This document shows, piece after piece, positions 16,810 through 25,029 of a stretch of 64,000 nucleotides of DNA. The notes beneath the pieces are model-generated. The model searched no databases. It worked only from the letters and a program-made list of their open reading frames with translations, and had not been told where the DNA came from. The translations under genes were made by a program, and so were the position numbers. The number at the start of each line of letters is the position of its first letter. Position 1 is the first letter of the stretch. The DNA is from an uncultured Actinomycetes bacterium (lineage in GTDB: Bacteria; Actinomycetota; Thermoleophilia; UBA2241): positions 452,328 to 516,327 of the forward strand of contig CAVTCH010000019.1 in NCBI GenBank assembly GCA_963733255.1. Direction: 5' to 3'.

Positions 16810-18545
16810 GAGCAGCTCACCTCCAGGAGGCCGTCGATCATGGCCTTGATCTGGGCGTCGGTGTAGCCCTGCAGGTCGATCGCTTCGGTGGGACACACCG
16901 GCACGCAGCCGCCGCAGCCCTTGCAGGCCGTGCGGATGACACCGGCGACCGCCTTGCCGTCGGCCTCGACCTGCTCGAGGGCATCGTAGGGGCAGGCTTC
17001 CACGCACTTGCCGCACCAGGTGCAGGCGTCCGTATCGACCAGCGCCACCATCGGGTCGAGCTCGGCGAAGCCGCGCTTCAGGATGGCGCCGCTTTGCGTG
17101 ACGGCCGCGAGGCCGCTGGCCACCGCTTCGGCCGAGTTCTTGGGCGACTGGCAGGCGCCGCAGATGTAGACGCCGTCGACGACCGTCTCGACGGGGCGCA
17201 GCTTGGGATGGATCTCGTTGAAGAAGCCGTCGTTGCCGACGGGCAGCTTGAGCACGCTGACCAGCTCGCCGTTCTCGCGCGACACCATGCCGGTGACGAG
17301 CACCACGAGGTCGGCCGGGATGGACACCTCTTCGCCGCCGGTGAGCAGGTCGCGAGTGGTGACTTCGAGCCCGCCGGTGACGAGATTCCTCACCGCCGGC
17401 GGCTCGTCGTCGGGCACGCGCAGGTAGACCGAGCCCTTCTCGCGCGACTCGCTCCACAGCAGCTCGTACTTGCCGTAGGTGCGCATGTCACGGTAGAGGT
17501 GGTACTGGCGCAGCGCCGGGTCGCCCTTGGCGGCCGCTTCGAGCGCCGCATGCACGGCGGCCGTGCAACAGTAGCGCGAACAGTACGGGTGCCCGCCCTC
17601 GACGTCTTCGCCCTGACGGCTGCCGACGCAGTAGACGTAGGCGATCGTCTTGACCGGCCGGCCGTTGTACTGCAGCGGCCCGTCCGCCTGGTCGAGCATC
17701 TGCTTGAACTCGGGAAGGGTGACGACTCCCTCCACGCCGTAGCCGAACTCGCCGGCCGCGGGCTCGTAGGTGTCGAAGCCGGTGGCCACGACGACGGAGC
17801 CGACCTCTACTTGGATGGTCTCGAGCTTCTCGCCCTGGATGGCTATCGTCATCTGGTAGTTGCCGAAGCTGCCGCTCTTCCCCATCACCTCGGCATCGGT
17901 GAACACGGTGACGGCCGGATGGCTGCGCACCTTCGCTTCGAGGCCGGCCACCAGGTCGGCGCCATCGCGGCCGTGCGGGTACATCTCACCGAAGCCGGCG
18001 ACCCAGCCGCCGAGCCGTGGCTCCTTCTCTACGAGAAAGACGGAGAGCCCGATCTCGGCCAGCCCGAGGGCCGCCCGCAGACCGGCGATGCCGCCGCCCA
18101 CGACGAGGCTCCTGGGAGTCGTCTCTACGACGATCGGTTCGAGGGGCTCGGTCAGACGCGTGCGGTTGATGCCGGCGCGCACCAGGCGCACCGCCTTCTC
18201 GGTCGCACCTTCGTGGTCGTCGGTGTGCGTCCACGAGCACTGCTCGCGCACGTTCACCTGCGTGTACTGGAAGGGGTTCATACCGGCGCGCCTGGCCACG
18301 TCACGGAAGGTGACCGTGTGCAACTTGGGCGAGCACGAGGCCACGACGAGCGCGTCGAGGCCCTTCTCGTGGGCGTCCTGCACGATCTCCTGCTGGGTCG
18401 CGTCGGAGCAGGTGAACATTGCCGTGCGGGCGACCACGACGTCGGCGTCGTGCTCGACCGCGGCGACCACCTGCTCGACGTCGACGTAGTCGCTGATGTT
18501 GCCGCCGCACTGGCAGACGTACACGCCGATCTTGCGGCCGCTCAT
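16806..18545 (-). CDS. hdrA: Heterodisulfide reductase subunit A (HdrA, full-length methanogen-type)
   Basis: N-terminal HdrA-specific Cys domain KIGVYVCQCGGNISDYVD...FTCSD...ASCSP, FAD site VVGGGIAGLRAALGLAEIG, C-terminal CVGSRQ...CSRYCC and 2x[4Fe-4S] (CTWCGKCVEACP, CKGCGGCVPVCP). Confidence 0.85.
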   Translation of the reverse strand: MSGRKIGVYVCQCGGNISDYVDVEQVVAAVEHDADVVVARTAMFTCSDATQQEIVQDAHEKGLDALVVASCSPKLHTVTFRDVARRAGMNPFQYTQVNVREQCSWTHTDDHEGATEKAVRLVRAGINRTRLTEPLEPIVVETTPRSLVVGGGIAGLRAALGLAEIGLSVFLVEKEPRLGGWVAGFGEMYPHGRDGADLVAGLEAKVRSHPAVTVFTDAEVMGKSGSFGNYQMTIAIQGEKLETIQVEVGSVVVATGFDTYEPAAGEFGYGVEGVVTLPEFKQMLDQADGPLQYNGRPVKTIAYVYCVGSRQGEDVEGGHPYCSRYCCTAAVHAALEAAAKGDPALRQYHLYRDMRTYGKYELLWSESREKGSVYLRVPDDEPPAVRNLVTGGLEVTTRDLLTGGEEVSIPADLVVLVTGMVSRENGELVSVLKLPVGNDGFFNEIHPKLRPVETVVDGVYICGACQSPKNSAEAVASGLAAVTQSGAILKRGFAELDPMVALVDTDACTWCGKCVEACPYDALEQVEADGKAVAGVIRTACKGCGGCVPVCPTEAIDLQGYTDAQIKAMIDGLLEVSCS

Positions 18546-21259
18546 GCCTGCACCTTCACTTTCGCTCCGTCGGCTACCTTTGCCCTCTCGAGGTGGGCGG
18601 CGGCCTGGGCCACCGCGGCGCCCGCGTGGAGGATGGAATCGGGGATATCCTTGGCGCCGGCCGCCGCCCCGGCGACAAAGACGCCCGGCAGGTTGGTCCG
18701 GCCGGGATCCAGGTCTTCGTCGGCCTCGCCGACGTAGTAGTAGTCGTCGAGTGCGAGAGCGCCGTCTTCGAACAGGGCCGGCGCCTCGCCGTTGGGCTGC
18801 ACGCCGACGGCCAGCACGACGAGGTCGTGTTCGGCCTCGGCCGGTTCGCCGCCGTTCTCGATGTCCTCGTACCGCAGCACGAGGTTGCCCTCACCGGTCT
18901 CGGTGATGCCCGAGACGCGGCCTTTGACGAAGTTGGCGCCCATGTCCTTGGCCTGCTGGTAGAACTCGTCGTAGCCCTTCCCCACCGAACGCACGTCGAT
19001 GTAGTAGACAGTCACGTCGGCAAGCGGCAGGGCGCCCATGATGAGCTGGTTCTGCTTGACCGAGTACATGCAGCAGATCTTGGAGCACAGCGGGTTGCCG
19101 ACGGTGTCGTCGCGCGAGCCGGTGCACATGACGTAGGCGATGTTGTCGGGCACCTTGCCGTCGCTGGGCCGCAGCACGGCGTTGTAGGGCCGGGTCGGCG
19201 CCAGAAGGCGGTCCATCTGCATGCCGGTGATGACGTTCTTGTAACGCCCGTAGCCGTACTGTGGCTTGGCGTCGGCGGCAAAGAGCCCGAAGCCGGTGGC
19301 CAGCACGACCGCGCCGACCTCGACGTCGATCTCGCGGCCGCGATCGTCGAGCTTGATGGCGTCGGCCGGACAGGCGTCGACGCAGGCGTGACACTCCGAG
19401 CAGACGCCGCAGTCGAGACAGCGAGCCGCGCCCAGGAACGCCTCGTCTTCGCTCAACGGGCCCTCGGTCTCGCTGAAGTCGGTGGGCGCCGCGCTCATGG
19501 CGGCGCTCGACTCGAACGGCTCGCGACGATCGTACGAGTCCTGCCTGGCAAGCACCTCGGCCTTGTCGACCACCGGCAGCGCCTCGTCGAAGGCGTCGGC
19601 GTCGAGCTCCGCGCCCTGGAGATAGCGGTCGATCATGAAGGCGGCGCGGCGACCCTGACCGACGGCGGTCGTGATCATGGTCGGGCCGGTGACGACGTCG
19701 CCGGCGGCGAACACCTGCGGCACGCTGGTCTGCAGCGTCGCCTCGTCGGCCTTGAGCGTGTGATTGCCGTTGGTCTCGAGGCCGAACGCGTCCGTGTCGG
19801 CGCCCATGCCCGCGGCCACGATGACCACGTCGCACTCCAGACTCTGGCGCTGTGTCTCGTCGTACTCGGGGTGGAAGCGCCCGGCGGGATCGAACACACA
19901 GGTGCAGACCTTGAGCTCGGCGCCCTGCACGCGGCCGTCGCCGGTGAAGTGATCGATGCCCCAGCCGTCGTGCAGCGTGATGCCTTCGGCCTGAGCCTCT
20001 TCGACTTCGAAGTCGTGGGCCGGCATCTCCTCGCAGCACTCGAGGCTGACCTGGTCGACCGAAGCGGCCGCGAGACGGCGCGCGGTGCGCGCCGCGTCGA
20101 TGGCGACGTTACCGCCGCCGACCACCAGGACGCGCTTGCCGGAGAGCTCGACGGGCTCGCCGAGCTTGACGGCTCGCAGGAACGCCAGCGCACTCTGCAC
20201 GCCGGCGAGCTCTTCGCCGGGCACCCGCAGGCCCACCGACTTGTGCGTGCCGGTAGCCAGCAGCACAGCGTCGAAGCCGTCGTTTGCGAGCGCCGTCGCG
20301 TTCTCGACACGCACGCCGGTGGCGATCTCGACTCCGATCGCCGTGACGTTGGCGACGTCGTGGTCGACGACCTCGTTGGGCAGCCGGTACGCGGGGATGG
20401 CGAGGCTCAGCATGCCGCCCGGCTTGGGCGCCGCCTCGAAGATCTTGACGCCGTAGCCGCGGCGCGCGAGCTGCCAGGCGGCGGTGAGGCCGGCCGGACC
20501 CGACCCGACGACGGCGACCTTCTTGCCGTTGGGCTCGGGCTGTGCCGGGGCCTGCGGCTCGGCCTGGCCGTAGCGCCGGTCCGCGATGAAACGCTTGAGA
20601 CGACGGATCGGCAGTGGACCTTCGATCTCGCCGCGCGTGCACTCGTCCTCGCAGGGCGCATAGCAGGCGCGCCCGAGGCTGCCTACCAGCGGTGTGGTCT
20701 CCAGCACCAGGTCGAACGCCTGGTCGTATTCGCCGCTGCGCACCCGTGCCACGTAACCGTGCGCCTTGATGCCGGCCGGGCAGTTGTAGGTGCAGGGCGA
20801 GACGCCGGCGCGGTCGATGACCGCCTTCTTGGGCACCGCCTGCGGAAACGCGATATATGCCGCCCGTCGCGACACCATGTCGGCGTTGAACTCGTCGGGC
20901 ACGGCCACGTTGCAGGCCATCTCGCACAGGCGGCAGCCGGTACAGGCGGCCTCGTCTATGAACTTGGGCTTCTGGCGGACGGTGGCGTGGTAGCCGCCGT
21001 TGCCGTCGCCGCGGATGCCGTCGACCTCGGCGTAGGTGAGCACATCGATGTTGGGATGGTGGATGGTGGCGGCCATCTTGGGGGTGGAGATGCAGCTCGC
21101 GCAGTCGAGTGTCGGAAACACCTTGCTGAGCAGGATCATCTTGCCGCCGACGCTGGCCTGCTTTTCGACGACGAGCACCTTGTAGCCCATGTCGCCCAGC
21201 TTGAGCGCCGACTCCATCCCCCCGATGCCGCTGCCGACCACCAGAGCGTCGTACTTCAT
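18542..21259 (-). CDS. HdrA-like / glutamate-synthase-small-subunit (GltD-like NAD(P)H) fusion protein (HdrL-like, 905 aa)
   Basis: N-terminal FAD site plus FPTLDCASCI (HdrA signature) and ferredoxin insert. Middle SPCTYNCPAGI, GKKVAVVGSGPAGLTAAWQLARRGYGVKIFE, AAGD (GltD-like). C-terminal HdrA half (CTGSRDD, CSKICC). Confidence 0.8.
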   Translation of the reverse strand: MKYDALVVGSGIGGMESALKLGDMGYKVLVVEKQASVGGKMILLSKVFPTLDCASCISTPKMAATIHHPNIDVLTYAEVDGIRGDGNGGYHATVRQKPKFIDEAACTGCRLCEMACNVAVPDEFNADMVSRRAAYIAFPQAVPKKAVIDRAGVSPCTYNCPAGIKAHGYVARVRSGEYDQAFDLVLETTPLVGSLGRACYAPCEDECTRGEIEGPLPIRRLKRFIADRRYGQAEPQAPAQPEPNGKKVAVVGSGPAGLTAAWQLARRGYGVKIFEAAPKPGGMLSLAIPAYRLPNEVVDHDVANVTAIGVEIATGVRVENATALANDGFDAVLLATGTHKSVGLRVPGEELAGVQSALAFLRAVKLGEPVELSGKRVLVVGGGNVAIDAARTARRLAAASVDQVSLECCEEMPAHDFEVEEAQAEGITLHDGWGIDHFTGDGRVQGAELKVCTCVFDPAGRFHPEYDETQRQSLECDVVIVAAGMGADTDAFGLETNGNHTLKADEATLQTSVPQVFAAGDVVTGPTMITTAVGQGRRAAFMIDRYLQGAELDADAFDEALPVVDKAEVLARQDSYDRREPFESSAAMSAAPTDFSETEGPLSEDEAFLGAARCLDCGVCSECHACVDACPADAIKLDDRGREIDVEVGAVVLATGFGLFAADAKPQYGYGRYKNVITGMQMDRLLAPTRPYNAVLRPSDGKVPDNIAYVMCTGSRDDTVGNPLCSKICCMYSVKQNQLIMGALPLADVTVYYIDVRSVGKGYDEFYQQAKDMGANFVKGRVSGITETGEGNLVLRYEDIENGGEPAEAEHDLVVLAVGVQPNGEAPALFEDGALALDDYYYVGEADEDLDPGRTNLPGVFVAGAAAGAKDIPDSILHAGAAVAQAAAHLERAKVADGAKVKVQA

Positions 21260-21696
21260 GCTGCCGATGCCTTTCGGGAGGGGCCGAGCTTGGTCAGGGA
21301 CGCGGAGAACTCGTGCATGTAGTTGGTAAAGGGCTCGGCACAGACCGAGCAGATGGCCGCCATGCGCAGCCGCTGGGGCTCATAGCCGTGGTCCACGAGC
21401 AACGCCTGAGCGTCGGCCATGATCTGTGAGGTGCGCTCGCTGCAGTCGGACAGGTAGGCGCATTCGTCGCCGTCAGCGGCCACGAAGACGCCGTCGAAGC
21501 CCTGCTGGATCGCGTAGAGCGCCCAGCTCGGCTTGATGCCGCTCGTGCAGGGCACGCTGATCACCATGACGTTGGGCGAGTAGTGCATGTGCGAGCTGCC
21601 GGCCAGATCGATGCCCGGGTCGGAGATGTTGTTGGTCGAAAGCACAAGGATGCGCGGCTCGAAGCCCTGCTCGTCGCGTGACTGCAGATCCGCCAT
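21256..21696 (-). CDS. mvhD: MvhD/FlpD-like hydrogenase delta-subunit family protein
   Basis: VISVPCTSG...GFDGVFVAADGDECAYLSDCSE aligns to the MvhD core. The N-terminal CCxxC motif is replaced by LSTNNIS. Confidence 0.7.
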   Translation of the reverse strand: MADLQSRDEQGFEPRILVLSTNNISDPGIDLAGSSHMHYSPNVMVISVPCTSGIKPSWALYAIQQGFDGVFVAADGDECAYLSDCSERTSQIMADAQALLVDHGYEPQRLRMAAICSVCAEPFTNYMHEFSASLTKLGPSRKASAA

Positions 21697-21698
21697 CA

Positions 21699-21950
21699 CT
21701 ACTTCATCTTCTTGACGTACAACTTCATGAAGCTGGGCTCCTCGACCACGCCGAGAAACTCATGGCCCATCTTCTTGCACCAGGCGGGAAGGTCTTTCTG
21801 GGTGCCGGTGTCAGTCGCCTGGACCTCCATGACGCCGCCCACCGAGACACTCGGGATGCCCTTCTTGGCGGCCAGGATGGGGCCCGGGCACGACGTGCCT
21901 CGCGCGTCCACGACCTTCTCTACCTGGATGGTGCTGAGGTCTTCTGACAT
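21699..21950 (-). CDS. tusA: TusA-like sulfur carrier protein
   Basis: VDARGTSCPGPILAAKKG...EVQATDTGTQKDLPAWCKKMGHEF with the CPxP motif. AAGGAGAGGA RBS. Confidence 0.75.
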   Translation of the reverse strand: MSEDLSTIQVEKVVDARGTSCPGPILAAKKGIPSVSVGGVMEVQATDTGTQKDLPAWCKKMGHEFLGVVEEPSFMKLYVKKMK

Positions 21951-22093
21951 GGTCCTCTCCTTCACGATGGTGGGGCCTGAGGCCCGGTCCTGCTGCTTGT
22001 GTTTGTGAACTCTTTCGCAAGGAACGGCGTGCAAGGGCGTCGTTCGCTCCTGCGATGGGCTGTGATCTATCCCCTGGCTCGCTTGCCGGTGTT

Positions 22094-22540
22094 CTAGGCC
22101 GACGCCACCGTGGCGACCGGCTCTGAAGGCTGTGCCGAAGCTGCCGGCGTCTCGGCTGCCGGTGACGGCGCCGCGTCGAGCCGCTCGGCGGCCTGCAGCG
22201 ACTCGCCCTGCGCCTGATGCTGTTCCACCAGCGCCTGGCGGATCAGGGCGCACGCCTGCAGGAACTTCTGATTGGTGACGTGGTAGTAGACCGTCTGGGC
22301 CGCTTTGCGCGACGCGACGAGCCGACGCTCTTTGAGCACGCGCAGATGCTGCGACACGTTGTGCACAGAGATGCCGATCTCAATCGCCAGATCGCCGACG
22401 CACTTCTCGCCGTCGCCGAGTGCGTGCAGAAGTGCCTGGCGATGCTCGTTGGCGAGCGCCTTGCAGAGCTCGGCGTGCATGCGAAAGAGAGGCTCGAGGT
22501 CGGTTGTGGGGGTGTCTGTGATGTTGTCCGTTATTTGCAT
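22094..22540 (-). CDS. ArsR-family transcriptional regulator (sHdrR-like position upstream of the hdr array)
   Basis: LANEHRQALLHALGDGEKCVGDLAIEIGISVHNVSQHLRVLKERRLV is an ArsR wHTH. Co-directional, immediately upstream of tusA. Confidence 0.8.
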   Translation of the reverse strand: MQITDNITDTPTTDLEPLFRMHAELCKALANEHRQALLHALGDGEKCVGDLAIEIGISVHNVSQHLRVLKERRLVASRKAAQTVYYHVTNQKFLQACALIRQALVEQHQAQGESLQAAERLDAAPSPAAETPAASAQPSEPVATVASA

Positions 22541-22723
22541 ACTTGCTTATATACTACAACGCAGCGACGAGCGTCAAGCGCTCGTAGGCCCGCACCGACG
22601 GCCTTACCCGCGGGCAGGACTACCGGTCGTGCCCCGCCCGGTAGCGCTCGCGGGAGCGGGTCGAACGAGCGCACCGTGACCTTCGCGGTATCATCGATAG
22701 ACCCCAACGAACGAGGAGCGTGC

Positions 22724-23038
22724 ATGGCTGAGGCAAGGATCGAGAGCGGTGTCTGCGGCATGACGACCACCGTGCGGACCACGAGCGCAGGGCGCAGCGT
22801 CCGCGTCGAGTTCGAAAGCGACTGCGGCTACGTGCAGGCCCTGGCGGAGGCGCTGAGCGAGGTCGACCCGTTCCGAGAGATCAGCTACCGCGGCGAGGGT
22901 CCCCTCACCCTGCGCCTCGCGGCGGAGCACCTCGTGCACCCGGCCTGTCCGGTGCCGGCGGGCACGATCAAGGCTATCGAGGTAGCGGCGGGGCTGGCGC
23001 TGCCCAAGGACGCACACATTCGACCCAGCAAGGACTGA
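22724..23038 (+). CDS. Hypothetical protein (104 aa)
   Basis: ATG 22724 with GAGGAG RBS. No recognisable domain. Confidence 0.4.
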   Translation: MAEARIESGVCGMTTTVRTTSAGRSVRVEFESDCGYVQALAEALSEVDPFREISYRGEGPLTLRLAAEHLVHPACPVPAGTIKAIEVAAGLALPKDAHIRPSKD

Positions 23039-23044
23039 CACCGT

Positions 23045-23080
23045 CAGGGGGCGGGAGTGCTTTCGCACTCCCGCCCCCTG
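23045..23080. terminator. Perfect 16-bp-stem palindrome (CAGGGGGCGGGAGTGC-tttc-GCACTCCCGCCCCCTG), bidirectional terminator
   Basis: Seen directly between convergent genes. Confidence 0.6.
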
Positions 23081-23135
23081 GTCTTCTTCTCAGTCGCCGG
23101 TCTTCCGCTCCGCCGGCGCACCTCGGTCGCCGTCT

Positions 23136-24809
23136 CTACGCCGCCGGCATACCTTCGAGCGCCGGTTCTCCGGCCGGCTCACAGGTCCCGAGTACCTCGT
23201 CGCACGGCTCCGGGCGACCCTTGTGCCGCGCGGAGCTGAGCCGTAGCGACCCGGTCCAGGTGGTGACCAGCGCCACCAGGAAGCCGGCGAAGATCACGCC
23301 GCTGGCGACCGCCAGACCCACGGAGAAGCCGTGCGTCAGCGCGGTGGCCAGGACGTGTGGCGACAGGCCTCCGCCCGCGCCGGAGGCCGCCGCATTGCCG
23401 GCCTGCGCCGCGGCCCCGCCGGCGGCGTGCGCCGCGGCCGCCGCGGCCGCTGTCTGCGACTTGACACTGCCGGCGACTGCCGTCCAGGCGATCGTGCCGA
23501 TCGCCGCCAGGCCGATCGAGCCGCCGATCTGCTGCCCGACGTTGAACAGGCCCGATGCCGCACCGGCCTCGTCGTCTCTGAGGTGCGAGACCACCATCAG
23601 GGTCATCGGCACGAACAGCAGGCCCATGCCGAGGCTGACCAGAAGTTGACCCGGCAGCAGGTTCACGAGGTAGCTGCCGTGCGGGTCGAGCCGCGACAGG
23701 TACAGAAAGCCGGCGCTCGCCAGGAGTGGACCGGCCAGCACCAGCGGCCGCACGCCCACCCGCACGACGAGCACGCGAGCCACCAGCGTGCTGACGATGA
23801 TGATCACGATCGGGAAGGGCAGCCAGGCCAGCCCTGCCTTGATCGGGCTGTAGCCCCAGATCGTCTGCACGTAGAGGGTCAGAAAGAAGAACACGGCGAA
23901 CAGCGCCGTGCCGAGCAGCAGCGAGATCACGTAGGCGCCCGAGCGCCGGCGCGACCTGAGCAGGTGCAGCGGCAGCTCGGGGTGGCTGCTGCGCAGCTCG
24001 ATGGCCACAAACGAGACGAGCAGCAGCGCGGCGGCGGTGAGCGAGGCGATCGTCTGGAACTGACCCCAGTGCGACACGCCGTTGCTGCCCGCGGCCGCGT
24101 GCGTCAGGCCGTAGACCAGCAGCGCAAGGCCCGCCGTGCTCGTGATCACGCCGGGGATGTCGAGGCGACTCTTGAGCCGGACCGACGACACGAGGGCGAT
24201 CGGCGCCAGGACGAGGACCGCGATGCCGATCGGCACATTGACGAAGAGCACCCACCGCCACGACACGTAGGTGGTGAGGATCCCGCCCAGCAGCAGTCCT
24301 ATGGCGCCGCCCGCGCCGCTCATACCGGCATAGACGCCGAGGGCGCGGGTACGCGGGGGTCCCATGGGAAAGGTGGTGGCGATCAGGGCCAGGGCGGTCG
24401 GTGCGATCAGCGCGGCGCCCGAGCCCTGCAGCACGCGAGCAGAGAGCAGCCACCACTGGGTGGTGGCGAAGCCGCCCAGCAGCGACCCGACCGAGAAGAC
24501 GGCGATCCCGACGATGAAGATGCGCCGCCGCCCGTAGATGTCGCCCAGCCGTCCGCCCAGCAGCAGCAGGCTGCCGAACGAGAGCGCATAGGCGGTGACG
24601 ATCCATTCAAGGCCAGCGCCGCTGAAACCCAGTGAGCGCTGGATGTGGGGCAAGGCGACGTTCACTATCGTCGCGTCGAGCACGATCATCAACTGCGCCG
24701 TGGCGATCACGAAGAGCGCGAGGCCAAGGTGGCGCGGCACGTTCTTGGCCGGCTGCGGGGGCGGCGCGGGCGACGAGGCCGCCGCGGCCACGTGTGTCTG
24801 TGAAGCCAT
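23136..24809 (-). CDS. MFS transporter, DHA2-family-like 14-TMS drug/H+ antiporter
   Basis: LDATIVNVALPHIQRSLGF...GRLGDIYGRRRIF with many TM segments. GGAGGGAGA RBS. Confidence 0.85.
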   Translation of the reverse strand: MASQTHVAAAASSPAPPPQPAKNVPRHLGLALFVIATAQLMIVLDATIVNVALPHIQRSLGFSGAGLEWIVTAYALSFGSLLLLGGRLGDIYGRRRIFIVGIAVFSVGSLLGGFATTQWWLLSARVLQGSGAALIAPTALALIATTFPMGPPRTRALGVYAGMSGAGGAIGLLLGGILTTYVSWRWVLFVNVPIGIAVLVLAPIALVSSVRLKSRLDIPGVITSTAGLALLVYGLTHAAAGSNGVSHWGQFQTIASLTAAALLLVSFVAIELRSSHPELPLHLLRSRRRSGAYVISLLLGTALFAVFFFLTLYVQTIWGYSPIKAGLAWLPFPIVIIIVSTLVARVLVVRVGVRPLVLAGPLLASAGFLYLSRLDPHGSYLVNLLPGQLLVSLGMGLLFVPMTLMVVSHLRDDEAGAASGLFNVGQQIGGSIGLAAIGTIAWTAVAGSVKSQTAAAAAAAHAAGGAAAQAGNAAASGAGGGLSPHVLATALTHGFSVGLAVASGVIFAGFLVALVTTWTGSLRLSSARHKGRPEPCDEVLGTCEPAGEPALEGMPAA

Positions 24810-24881
24810 GTGGGTCTCCCTCCACACTCGAGCCGGACGGCGGACGGACGAACCCCCTCGTCGTCCGGGATAAGTGGACCA

Positions 24882-24895
24882 AATCAGTCCTGATT
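24882..24895. promoter_or_regulatory. Inverted repeat AATCAG-TC-CTGATT upstream of the MFS gene (candidate operator)
   Basis: Seen directly, about 75 bp upstream of the start. Confidence 0.25.
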
Positions 24896-25029
24896 GTCCT
24901 ACCGCAGGATGACGCGGGCGAAACCCCATCTGCGGCCGTACGATGTCGCGCGCCGGCGGGGGACTTGCCTGGCTAGGTGTGGCTGAGGTCGCTCGACGAG
25001 AGGCGCGAGCCTGACGAGCCTCGCGAGCT

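Noticed and set aside
16510-17457. 315-aa ORF overlapping the hdrA 3' region
   Set aside because: Only the last 99 aa (from ATG 16809) lie outside hdrA and carry a plausible winged-helix-like sequence. The rest is out-of-frame overlap with hdrA.
18593-21322. 909-aa plus-strand ORF overlapping the whole HdrL gene
   Set aside because: Antisense shadow. The minus-strand frame carries unambiguous HdrA and GltD motifs and operon coupling, while the plus frame is low-complexity (R/G/A/D-rich).
23331-24635. 434-aa plus-strand ORF (plus several other 300-750-aa ORFs at 27639-29054, 34857-37172, 41300-43249, 44376-46457 and 48533-50017)
   Set aside because: All are antisense to well-supported genes (MFS, sensor, AsnB/NhaA, ADH/OTC, NCS1/CN-hydrolase/DDAH, CPA) and consist of Arg/Gly/Ala/Asp low-complexity sequence.
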